The translations under genes were made by a program, and so were the position numbers. The notes beneath the pieces were generated by a model. It was not told the DNA's origin. It ran no database searches and worked only from the letters and a program-made list of their open reading frames with translations. DNA of 64,000 bases from Oscillospiraceae bacterium. GTDB lineage: Bacteria > Bacillota > Clostridia > Oscillospirales > QAMX01. Below are positions 16,824 to 25,524 of this stretch, piece by piece. Positions within the stretch are counted from its first letter, which is position 1. Each line of letters opens with the position of its first letter. Location: NCBI GenBank assembly GCA_015068345.1, contig SVKS01000001.1, positions 3,712 to 67,711 of the forward strand, read 5' to 3'.

Positions 16824-18659
16824 GTGGCAAGGAAAAAAGAAACGTCAGCCATGCCAAAATACAACGTGGCGCAAAATGTGGGGTTTATGGTGAAGCTGGC
16901 ATGGACCACCGGGGAAAAGAAAATTCTTGCCCTGGGTCTACTTTCGGCGTTACTTGCTGTGGGGCTTAATCTGATCCAGCTGTATCTTTCTCCTACCATT
17001 CTCTCGGTGGTGGAGCGACGGGCGTCGGCTATGGAGCTGGTTTGGACCATTTTGGGGTTTGTCCTGGCTCTCATGCTGGTATCGGCCATTTCGGCTTACG
17101 TGGATACCAATGCGCTGTTTGGCAGGGTCAGCCTTCGCTCGGAGATTACAAGCAATTTGAATCTCAAGGCGGCGACGACCGCTTACCCGAATGTGGACAA
17201 CGAGCGGTTCATGAAGCTTTTGACCAAAGCGCAGATGTGTGTTGGGTCCAACAGCGCAGCCACCGAAGCCGTGTGGCTTACCTTGACAGGTTTGTCCACC
17301 AACCTGATCGGATTTGGTATTTACGTAAGTCTTTTGAGTACTGTGCAACCACTTTTGATTTTGGTCATATTGGTAACGACAATAGGCGGCTATTTTGTCA
17401 GCAATTATGCCAATGGGTACGGGTATCGTCACCGGGAAGAGGAAGCGGAGTATGAAATGCAAATGCTGTACCTGGACTACCGGGCAAAGGAAACGGCTAC
17501 TGCCAAGGATATCCGCATTTTTGGTCTGCAACCCTGGATCAACGATCTTTATGGCAAGGCGGCAGGGGCTTACAGGGCATTTCAGGATAAATACCAAGGG
17601 GTTCTTCTTTGGGCGAAGTTGGTTGATCTTGTGCTTGCCTTTTTGCGCAATGGGGTGGCATACGCTTATCTGATCGGTATGGTCCTTCGGGGTGGCATTG
17701 ATATTTCATCATTTTTGTTGCTTTTCAATGCAGTCGGCGGCTTTTCGGCGTGGGTAACCGGTATTTTAGAAGGATTTACCACCCTTCATAAGCAATCCCT
17801 GGACATTGCCGTTGTCCGGGAATGCCTGGATTTTCCGGAACCGTTTTTGTTTGAAAAAGGGGAAACGATCAAGGCAGAACCAGGGCGAAGCTATGAGATT
17901 CGCATGGAAAACCTGTCCTTTCGCTATCCCGGTGCCGAGGAGGATACCCTCACCAATATTGACCTTACCCTGCATCCCGGGGAAAAGCTGGCGGTGGTGG
18001 GCTTGAATGGGGCAGGGAAGACGACCCTTATCAAGCTTCTATGTGGGTTTCTGGATCCCACCGAGGGGCGGGTTCTTCTGGATGGGAAGGATATCCGGGA
18101 ATATAACCGACGGGATTATTACGCCATGTTTTCGGCGGTGTTCCAGAATTTTTCCCTCCTTGCCGGTAGTGTTGCCGCCAACGTGGCCCAGGATATGGAA
18201 ACGATTGATATGGACCGGGTGAAGGAATGCGTGGAAAAAGCCGGTCTTAGAGAAACGATAGAGGCCCTAAAGGATGGTTACGAAACCAATCTGAACCGGG
18301 AGGTGTTTGAGGACGCCATTCTTCTTTCGGGTGGCGAAATGCAACGGCTGATGCTGGCGCGGGCGCTTTATAAGGAAACTCCCTTCGTCCTTCTGGATGA
18401 ACCCACCGCCGCTCTGGATCCCATTGCGGAATCGGAGATTTATCACAAATACCGCGAAATGACCGGCGGGAAATCCTCGGTCTACATCTCCCATCGGTTG
18501 GCAAGTACCCGCTTTTGCGACCGGATCATTCTGATTGCTGACGGCAGAATTGCCGAGGAGGGAACCCACGAAGAACTCATGAAGCTTGGTGGCAGATATG
18601 CCGAGTTTTATGAGGTGCAAAGTCAATACTATCAGGAGGAAGCCAAAGATGAAAAATAA
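16824..18659 (+). CDS. ABC exporter, fused permease/ATP-binding subunit (type I exporter)
   Basis: N-terminal 6-TM domain. NBD has GLNGAGKTT (Walker A), LSGGEMQR (signature) and VLLDEPTAALD (Walker B). The start is GTG 16824 (GGAAGG RBS) or ATG 16851. Confidence 0.88.
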   Translation: MARKKETSAMPKYNVAQNVGFMVKLAWTTGEKKILALGLLSALLAVGLNLIQLYLSPTILSVVERRASAMELVWTILGFVLALMLVSAISAYVDTNALFGRVSLRSEITSNLNLKAATTAYPNVDNERFMKLLTKAQMCVGSNSAATEAVWLTLTGLSTNLIGFGIYVSLLSTVQPLLILVILVTTIGGYFVSNYANGYGYRHREEEAEYEMQMLYLDYRAKETATAKDIRIFGLQPWINDLYGKAAGAYRAFQDKYQGVLLWAKLVDLVLAFLRNGVAYAYLIGMVLRGGIDISSFLLLFNAVGGFSAWVTGILEGFTTLHKQSLDIAVVRECLDFPEPFLFEKGETIKAEPGRSYEIRMENLSFRYPGAEEDTLTNIDLTLHPGEKLAVVGLNGAGKTTLIKLLCGFLDPTEGRVLLDGKDIREYNRRDYYAMFSAVFQNFSLLAGSVAANVAQDMETIDMDRVKECVEKAGLRETIEALKDGYETNLNREVFEDAILLSGGEMQRLMLARALYKETPFVLLDEPTAALDPIAESEIYHKYREMTGGKSSVYISHRLASTRFCDRIILIADGRIAEEGTHEELMKLGGRYAEFYEVQSQYYQEEAKDEK

Positions 18660-20520
18660 AAAACAAGCTTCCTGGAAAACGGTTTTTCGCATGAATCACC
18701 GGGCTTTGACCGTTTTTTATAGGCGCTATCCCGGGGCTGTCATATCCCGGTTTTGTAGTGTGATTTGGAATTCGCTTACCCCTTACGTCGGAATCTACCT
18801 GTCGGCGCTGGTGATTGAAGAGCTTGCGGGAGAGAGGAATGCGGCGCGTTTACAAATGCTTGTACTGGTCAATCTCCTTGCCGCGGCGGTCGTCGCTCTG
18901 GGAAGTGCGTTTTTTGAAAAATGGAAGGGAACTCAGAATGCGGGAATCATGCTGAAAATGGAACACATTTGCGCCGAAAAACTTTTTGGCATGGACTATG
19001 TGGACGTGGACTCCACCCAAACGGCAGAATATCTTTCGGCCATCCGTCAAAATTATAGTGTCGGGTGGGGGCTATACCGGGTAATTTTGGGTTATGAGGA
19101 ATTGTGTTCCGCATTGTTTACCCTGCTTGGCGGTATCTCTTTGACCATCACGCTGTTTACCAGCCGGGTACCCGAAACGGCGGGGACATATACCCTGCTG
19201 AATCATCCCATATTTGTGGTAATTATCATCGGCGTTATGCTTGCGATTACCTACCTGGCACCGGTTCTTGCGAATAAGGGGGAAAGATATTGGGCCATAA
19301 GTGCCGGGAATTTGCAATTGGCCAATCGATTGTTTGGCTTCTACGGATTTCGCGGCTATCAGCGGGAGATTGCCACCGATATGAGAATCTACCGACAGGA
19401 CCGGATCTGTGCCCTCTGTTTCCGGGAAAACAAGGCCAAAACGTTTGGCTCCAAAAGCCTGATGGCCAAGTATGGCAGAGGCCCCATGGGGCTCTATAAG
19501 GCAGGATCGGCGGCTGTTTCCATGATTTTTACAGGGGTTGTGTATGGTTTTGTCTGCCTAAAAGCCCTGGGCGGTGCATTTGGGCTTGGAGCAGTTACGC
19601 AGTATGTGGCATCTATCACAAAGGTTTCGGTGGGAGTAGCCAATATGGTTTCAGCATGGGGGAGTATGCAAAATAATACGGCGTTTTTGGAACCGGTTTT
19701 TGCTTTCCTAGATATTCCAAACAAAATGTACCAGGGTAGCCTTACGGTGGAAAAGCGCAGGGACAGGAAGTACCACGTGGAATTTCGCAATGTATCTTTC
19801 CGCTATCCCGGAAGCGATACCTACGCCCTCCGTAACGTCAATATGAAGTTTGAAATTGGCAAGCGCCTGGCGGTGGTTGGTATGAATGGGTCGGGGAAAA
19901 CCACCTTCATCAAGCTGCTTTGCCGCCTTTATGATCCCACCGAAGGGGAAATTCTCCTGAATGGGATCGATATCCGAAAATACAATTACCGGGAATATAT
20001 GGACATCTTCTCGGTGGTGTTTCAGGATTTTCGACTCTTGGGACTGAAGCTTGGGGAAAACGTGGCCTCCCGGGTGGATTACGACAGGGAGCGGGTTTTG
20101 GATTGCCTGGAAAAAGCAGGTTTTTCCGAACGGCTTGCTGAGCTTACGGATGGTATCGATACCTATCTGTATAAAGATTTTGCGGCGGATGGTGTGGACC
20201 TGTCGGGCGGTGAAGCCCAAAAGGTGGCCATTGCCCGGGCTCTTTATAAGGATGCCCCCTTCATCATCCTGGACGAACCCACTGCCGCCCTGGACCCCAT
20301 TGCAGAGGCTGAAATATACAGTAAGTTTGACGAGATCGCCGGGGATAAGACCGCAATCTATATCTCCCACCGACTCTCCTCTTGTAAATTCTGTGACGAA
20401 ATCGTAGTATTCCACGAAGGTGAAGTGATCCAACAGGGAACCCACGCCGCCCTCCTGGATGACACAAATGGGAAGTATTATGAGCTCTGGAACGCCCAGG
20501 CTCAATATTACACCGATTGA
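18649..20520 (+). CDS. ABC exporter, fused permease/ATP-binding subunit (partner of the preceding gene)
   Basis: GMNGSGKTT, LSGGEAQK, IILDEPTAALD. ATG 18649 follows AGGAGGA and overlaps the upstream stop by 11 nt. The ORF-track start at 18586 is rejected. Confidence 0.88.
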   Translation: MKNKKQASWKTVFRMNHRALTVFYRRYPGAVISRFCSVIWNSLTPYVGIYLSALVIEELAGERNAARLQMLVLVNLLAAAVVALGSAFFEKWKGTQNAGIMLKMEHICAEKLFGMDYVDVDSTQTAEYLSAIRQNYSVGWGLYRVILGYEELCSALFTLLGGISLTITLFTSRVPETAGTYTLLNHPIFVVIIIGVMLAITYLAPVLANKGERYWAISAGNLQLANRLFGFYGFRGYQREIATDMRIYRQDRICALCFRENKAKTFGSKSLMAKYGRGPMGLYKAGSAAVSMIFTGVVYGFVCLKALGGAFGLGAVTQYVASITKVSVGVANMVSAWGSMQNNTAFLEPVFAFLDIPNKMYQGSLTVEKRRDRKYHVEFRNVSFRYPGSDTYALRNVNMKFEIGKRLAVVGMNGSGKTTFIKLLCRLYDPTEGEILLNGIDIRKYNYREYMDIFSVVFQDFRLLGLKLGENVASRVDYDRERVLDCLEKAGFSERLAELTDGIDTYLYKDFAADGVDLSGGEAQKVAIARALYKDAPFIILDEPTAALDPIAEAEIYSKFDEIAGDKTAIYISHRLSSCKFCDEIVVFHEGEVIQQGTHAALLDDTNGKYYELWNAQAQYYTD

Positions 20521-20536
20521 TTTTCCACCAAAAAAC

Positions 20537-20572
20537 AAGCTCCCTGTCAACTCGACAGGGAGCTTACTTTTT
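20537..20572. terminator. bidirectional rho-independent terminator
   Basis: AAGCTCCCTGTC-AACTC-GACAGGGAGCTT (12-bp stem) with an A-run upstream and a T-run downstream, between convergent genes. Confidence 0.8.
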
Positions 20573-20588
20573 GGTTGTAGGAACGGGA

Positions 20589-22079
20589 TTACAGATTCTT
20601 TCTCTTCACCCAAACCACAACGCTGCCAGCCAGCATGATGGCGGGAATGGCGATCAGAACGCCGAGAATGATCTGACGATCGGATTCCAGGGTGACAAGG
20701 GAGGATTCCGCAAAGAGCTTGTACTTGAATTGGGAAAGATCGTTGCCACCAAAGAAATCGCTCAGAACGATGGACATGAAGGTCCAGTTGGTGTAGGAGG
20801 AGCTGTTGAAGTAAACGTCACTGAGAGCATCCCCGGAGGAGAGCACCAGGAGCTTACCACTGGTGGTGTCGCCTTCCACTTCCACGGTGGGAGTTCTGGT
20901 GAGCAGGGTTGCAATGCCGAATGCACCGACTTCATCACCGGCTTCCTGGGTAACGTCCTGTACGCTGGTGGCCAGGTTAACCGGCTTGGTGAAGGAGGTA
21001 TCCATGGAGGTGAGCAGATCGGTACGGCTCCATGCGTTGGCACCGGCCATGTCGGTGTAGGTCATCTTCACACTGTTGGGGAAGATGAGCATGGTGTTCA
21101 TGCCGGACATGCTGGAAAGCACTTCGGAGGGAAGGGTTGCAGCCTTGATAGCTTCGGGATGGGCGGTGATACCGTTGGTGGTATCGTAGATGGCCTGATC
21201 GGTTACCGTAACGCCGAATTCCTTCAGGAAGTAGTTCAGGTTGGCGGTATCCTTGCTTTCGGTACCCAAGGAAACCATCATCTTACCAAGATCCTGGTTC
21301 AGGTAGGCATCGATAATGGCCAATTCGTCGGAGGAGTAGTCCTTTTCGGGCGCATTGATCACGATCAAGTCGGTATCCTCCGGCAGGGGTTCGGTGGCCA
21401 GGTTCACGTAGGAGACGTTGAAGTTGTTGGATTCCAGGAAGGCAACCAGCTTGCTGCCCTCGGTGCCGTCCTTGCCATTGTTTTCGCCCTTGCCATCCAG
21501 AAGAACGGCGTTGCGCTTACTGCCGGTGTCGCAGTAGTAAATGGCGGAAGCCAGAGCGTGTTCCAGATTCAAACCGACGGGAAGCTCTTCGCTGTAGCTG
21601 TCGGCGGCACGGAAATAGATGTAATCATAGTAAGTAAGCAGACGGTAAGCGGCGTCGCTCTTCACCAGGATGGAGTATTCGGTGATTTCACCGAGCTGGA
21701 AGCCCTGGGTGAAGGAGGGGTTGCGTTCAATGTCGATGTAATCTACCGAAATTTTGCCGCCCGAAAGCGTGGGGTAGCGGTCCAGGATAGAGGCGATGCT
21801 GGGACCGTAGATACCAAGCAGAAGGTTGGTGTCCACTACGTCGGCCCTGGGAGCCAACATGTAGATTTCGATGTTGTTTTCGACGTTTTTGAGCATTTCC
21901 ACGGTAGCATCGGAAATGTCATAACGACGGTCGGAGGTCATGTCGGCCTTCAGGTTGAACCGATCGGTCAGGGCGCTGGCCAGAATGTTCAAAAGGATTA
22001 CGGCGACGATGACCACGGCAGTGAAGGCCATGGCGGAGGCACCGTATTTGAATTTCTTGCTGAGTGTAAATTTTTTCAT
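20589..22079 (-). CDS. GldG-like auxiliary component of an ABC-2 transporter
   Basis: N-terminal and C-terminal TM anchors (AFTAVVIVAVILLNIL... / ...LGVLIAIPAIMLAGSVVVWV) flank a large extracytoplasmic domain. It lies downstream of an ABC-2 permease and ATPase. Family call by architecture and memory. Confidence 0.6.
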   Translation of the reverse strand: MKKFTLSKKFKYGASAMAFTAVVIVAVILLNILASALTDRFNLKADMTSDRRYDISDATVEMLKNVENNIEIYMLAPRADVVDTNLLLGIYGPSIASILDRYPTLSGGKISVDYIDIERNPSFTQGFQLGEITEYSILVKSDAAYRLLTYYDYIYFRAADSYSEELPVGLNLEHALASAIYYCDTGSKRNAVLLDGKGENNGKDGTEGSKLVAFLESNNFNVSYVNLATEPLPEDTDLIVINAPEKDYSSDELAIIDAYLNQDLGKMMVSLGTESKDTANLNYFLKEFGVTVTDQAIYDTTNGITAHPEAIKAATLPSEVLSSMSGMNTMLIFPNSVKMTYTDMAGANAWSRTDLLTSMDTSFTKPVNLATSVQDVTQEAGDEVGAFGIATLLTRTPTVEVEGDTTSGKLLVLSSGDALSDVYFNSSSYTNWTFMSIVLSDFFGGNDLSQFKYKLFAESSLVTLESDRQIILGVLIAIPAIMLAGSVVVWVKRKNL

Positions 22080-22094
22080 GTTCTACCTCCCCAA

Positions 22095-22802
22095 TCAGCT
22101 GTAACGCTTCTTTTCAAGCACGCGCGATGCCAGGAAGAGGAAGAGCGCGGCGGCGCTGATGTAATAAACGAAGTCACCCAGGCTGAACTGACCAACTGCG
22201 AAGCCCTGGAAGCGCATAAAGGGGGACAGATTGTTGGCAAGAGTTTCGATGAAGGGAGTAGCGGTCAGGGAAGCCAGGTCATCCAGATAAATCAGGGCGA
22301 TAAAAACACCCCAGTTGGCAATGATGGAGACCAAAAGGTTTTCAGTCAGGGAAGAAATGAACAGAGCGATGGACAGGAAGGCGGAGGAGGCGGCAATCAG
22401 AGCAATGTAGTTGCCAAACAGAGTCCAACCCTGCAGTTCACCAAACATCATGATGATAACCGGAATGGCAAAGCTCATGACAATGGTGATCAGAATGGCC
22501 ATCATACCCGCTAAAAACTTGCCCAACACAATGGAAATACAGCTGACAGGAGCAGTCAGGAGCAATTGATCGGTCTGCTGACGATACTCTTCGGTCATCA
22601 GACGCATGGTCAGGATGGGGATGGGCAGGAACAGCCAGTAGATGATGTTGCCCATAACCACCGAGATATCGGCGGTCTGAACCGAGTAGATGTTAAAAAT
22701 GTAGAAGAGAACGTAGATCAAAAGCAACAGAGTGCCGCTGAATACGTATCCCACGGGCGTTTTATAAAGCGCCTTAAAGTCTCTCTTAAAAATAGCAATC
22801 AA
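22095..22802 (-). CDS. ABC-2 type transporter permease
   Basis: 235 aa, about 6 hydrophobic helices, located between the ATPase and the GldG-like gene. Confidence 0.75.
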   Translation of the reverse strand: MIAIFKRDFKALYKTPVGYVFSGTLLLLIYVLFYIFNIYSVQTADISVVMGNIIYWLFLPIPILTMRLMTEEYRQQTDQLLLTAPVSCISIVLGKFLAGMMAILITIVMSFAIPVIIMMFGELQGWTLFGNYIALIAASSAFLSIALFISSLTENLLVSIIANWGVFIALIYLDDLASLTATPFIETLANNLSPFMRFQGFAVGQFSLGDFVYYISAAALFLFLASRVLEKKRYS

Positions 22803-22805
22803 GGC

Positions 22806-23891
22806 TTATTCCCCCTTCTTATTTTTCCGGGAGCTTACGCGATCCTGGGCTTTGGCTTCATCCGAAAGGGTGATGGACTTGTTGACGTCCTCTGCCATGG
22901 CCTTTTTGCGGCTCCTGCGGGCACGGGTGGCACGACCTTCGTCTTCCACCACGCGCTTGCCGGTGAGCTTGATGAAGATATCTTCCAGGGTGGCACCCAC
23001 CGGAGTGAGCTGCAGAACCGGAAGACCGGCCTTTTCCAGAGCCAGGAATACGTCTTTTCGTACGTCCTGATTCTCTTCCGAAACGATCAGGAAGTCGTTG
23101 GAGCCGATTTCCTTGCTGCCCTGGGGGGTAACGCTCTTCATGCCGGGGAGCTTACGCAGAATGCCCAAAACGATTTCGGGGTTGCCTGCCACGCGAACGT
23201 TGTAGCGGTGTTCGCTTTCAACGGTGCGGGAAAGGTTATCGGGGGTATCGCTGGCAATCAGCTGGCCCTTGTTGATAACCAATACACGGCCGCAAATCTG
23301 CTGAATTTCCGACAGAATATGGCTGGACAGAATGACGGTCCGCTTTTTGCCCAGGTCCTTGATCACGTTACGGATTTCGATGATCTGGATGGGGTCCAGA
23401 CCAACGGTGGGTTCGTCCAGAATCAGGACTTCGGGGTCGCCAACGAGTGCCTGAGCCAGGCCGACACGCTGCTTGTAACCCTTGGACAGGTTGCGGGTCA
23501 TGCGGTTGTAGACGTTGTCCAGACCGACGATCTCGCAGATGTTGCCGATGTGGCGGGCGCGTTCCTTGGGGGTGCCGCGGCAACCCTTCAGGTCGTAAAT
23601 GAAGTCAAGGTATTCCTTTACGGTCATGTCCATGTAAAGGGGCGGGTGTTCGGGCAGATAGCCAAGCTTTTTCTTGGCAAGGATCGGATCCTCCAAAATA
23701 TCGGTCCCGGCGATCTTCACGCTGCCGGAGGTGGCAGAAAGATACCCGGTAATGATGTTCATGGTGGTGGACTTGCCTGCACCGTTGGGCCCGAGGAAGC
23801 CAACGACCTCCCCTTCGTCAATGAAAAAGCTGATGTCGTTGACAGCTTTTTTGTCCCCGTAGTGCTTGACAAGATTGGTTACTTCAATCAT
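22806..23891 (-). CDS. ABC transporter ATP-binding protein with a basic C-terminal extension
   Basis: GPNGAGKST, LSKGYKQR, LILDEPTVGLD, SSH. It has a C-terminal Lys/Arg-rich tail of about 60 aa. Confidence 0.88.
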   Translation of the reverse strand: MIEVTNLVKHYGDKKAVNDISFFIDEGEVVGFLGPNGAGKSTTMNIITGYLSATSGSVKIAGTDILEDPILAKKKLGYLPEHPPLYMDMTVKEYLDFIYDLKGCRGTPKERARHIGNICEIVGLDNVYNRMTRNLSKGYKQRVGLAQALVGDPEVLILDEPTVGLDPIQIIEIRNVIKDLGKKRTVILSSHILSEIQQICGRVLVINKGQLIASDTPDNLSRTVESEHRYNVRVAGNPEIVLGILRKLPGMKSVTPQGSKEIGSNDFLIVSEENQDVRKDVFLALEKAGLPVLQLTPVGATLEDIFIKLTGKRVVEDEGRATRARRSRKKAMAEDVNKSITLSDEAKAQDRVSSRKNKKGE

Positions 23892-23909
23892 TTGTACTAA
23901 GCCTCCATC

Positions 23910-23940
23910 TCTAAATGAAAAACGGAAAACTCCGTTTTAT
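23910..23940 (-). promoter_or_regulatory. terminator-like hairpin in the 5' leader of the ABC-2 operon
   Basis: Minus strand: AAAACGGA-GTTT-TCCGTTTT followed by TCATTT, ending about 10 nt before the GGAGG RBS. Confidence 0.35.
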
Positions 23941-24021
23941 GACCACAAAAGCGGTACTGATACGCTGTGACAAGCCATCACCGCAAAAAAACGACACTTA
24001 GCACATCATAGCGTAAAATAA

Positions 24022-24050
24022 ATTATATCACAGCTTTTGCCTTGTTACAA
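24022..24050 (-). promoter_or_regulatory. sigma-A-type promoter of the ABC-2/GldG operon
   Basis: Minus strand: TTGTAA (24050-45), 17 nt, TGaTATAAT (-10 at 24027-22). Confidence 0.6.
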
Positions 24051-24166
24051 TACATAAATCTTATTATTTACTCAAAGAATTAACGACTGATTTTCCTCGA
24101 TTCCGCAAAGCGGGTTTGCGGAGAATATGATGGCCGGGCTACAAAGGAAAAAAGAAAAAAACACTC

Positions 24167-24194
24167 TTGCAAGAATTGAAAAAGGGTGTATAAT
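24167..24194 (+). promoter_or_regulatory. sigma-A-type promoter for dgoD
   Basis: TTGCAA (24167-72), 16 nt, TATAAT (24189-94). Confidence 0.55.
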
Positions 24195-24270
24195 AAGTAT
24201 CAGATACAAGTGGCCATTCCGGGGGACCACGCCGGGACAAGCCACACAAAGAAAAGGAAGGATTTCAACT

Positions 24271-25389
24271 ATGAAGATTACAAAGATTGAAACCATTCAT
24301 GTTAAGCCCCGTTGGCTCTTCCTGAAGATTCACACCGATGAAGGTATCGTCGGGCTTGGTGAACCGGTTGTGGAAGGCCGCGCCCGCACCGTGGAAACCT
24401 GCGTCAAGGAAATCGCTGAGCGTTACCTGATCGGCCAGGATCCCCTCCGCATCACCCACCATTGGCAGGCCATCTACCTGGGCCAGTTCTACCAGGGTGG
24501 TCCGGTCCTCACCAGCGCCATCGCCGGTATCGACCAGGCTCTGTGGGATATCAAGGGTAAGTACTACGGCGTTCCCGTATACGAACTCCTGGGCGGCCGC
24601 ACCCGCGATAAGATCCGCGTTTACGGCCACTTCGGCGGCAGCAACTACGAAGAAATCTGCGCTTCTGCCACCGCTTCCAAGGAAAAGGGCTTCACCGCTT
24701 TCAAGACCGGCGTCGGCGGTCCTGTGAAATTCCTGGATACCAAGAAGAAGGTTGACGAATTCGCTGCCCGTATCGCCCAGACCCGTGAAATTATCGGGCC
24801 GGAATGTGACCTGGGTATCGACTTCCACGGCGAAGTTTCCCCGGCCATGTCCATGCTTCTGATCAAGGCCATCGAAGAATATCAGCCCCTCTTCATCGAA
24901 GAACCGGTTCTCCCCGGCAACATCGACGAGCTGGCTCGCGTGGCCCGTTCCACCTACATCCCCATCGCCACCGGTGAACGCCTCTTCACCAAGTGGCAGT
25001 TCCGTGAAGTTCTCGAAAAGCAGGCCGCTGTGGTTCTCCAGCCCGACCTGTCCCACGCCGGTGGTATTTCCGAATGCCGCATCATCGCCGGTATGGCCGA
25101 AGCTTCCTACGCCACCATCGCTCCTCACTGCCCCCTGGGCCCCATCGCTCTGGCTGCTTGCTTCCAGATCGACGCCGCCATCCCCAACTTCCTGTGCCAG
25201 GAAACCGTCACCCTGGGCGAAGGCTACCTCAAGGAACCCTTCAAGGTTGAAAACGGCTTTGTTCCCGTTCCCACCAAGCCCGGTCTCGGTATTGAACTGG
25301 ACGAGGATGCCATCGCCGAAAAGACCTTTGCCGGCGACTGGGAAACCCCCCGCTTCTGGTACGAAGACGGTTCGGTTGCCGTTTGGTAA
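24271..25389 (+). CDS. dgoD: D-galactonate dehydratase (enolase superfamily)
   Basis: Collinear with E. coli DgoD as I remember it. Matching segments are MKITKI...RW(L/M)FLKI.TDEG.VG.GEPV.EGRARTVE, SAIAGIDQALWDIKGK, PLFIEEPVL, LQPDLSHAGGI.EC, APHCPLGPIALAAC and KPGLG.E.DE. Start at ATG 24271 (AAGGAAGG RBS). Confidence 0.9.
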   Translation: MKITKIETIHVKPRWLFLKIHTDEGIVGLGEPVVEGRARTVETCVKEIAERYLIGQDPLRITHHWQAIYLGQFYQGGPVLTSAIAGIDQALWDIKGKYYGVPVYELLGGRTRDKIRVYGHFGGSNYEEICASATASKEKGFTAFKTGVGGPVKFLDTKKKVDEFAARIAQTREIIGPECDLGIDFHGEVSPAMSMLLIKAIEEYQPLFIEEPVLPGNIDELARVARSTYIPIATGERLFTKWQFREVLEKQAAVVLQPDLSHAGGISECRIIAGMAEASYATIAPHCPLGPIALAACFQIDAAIPNFLCQETVTLGEGYLKEPFKVENGFVPVPTKPGLGIELDEDAIAEKTFAGDWETPRFWYEDGSVAVW

Positions 25390-25417
25390 TCTCACCGGAG
25401 TCAATTCCAAAAATAAC

Positions 25418-25450
25418 ATGTCGGAAGGCAAAAGCCTTCCGACATTTTTT
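25418..25450 (+). terminator. rho-independent terminator after dgoD
   Basis: ATGTCGGAAGGC-AAAA-GCCTTCCGACAT followed by TTTTT. Confidence 0.8.
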
Positions 25451-25524
25451 GTGGCAAAAAACAGGTAGCCAAGCGGAGGAGGATGTGGTATAATGAAGAA
25501 AATAAAAAATACACGGAGGAGCTT

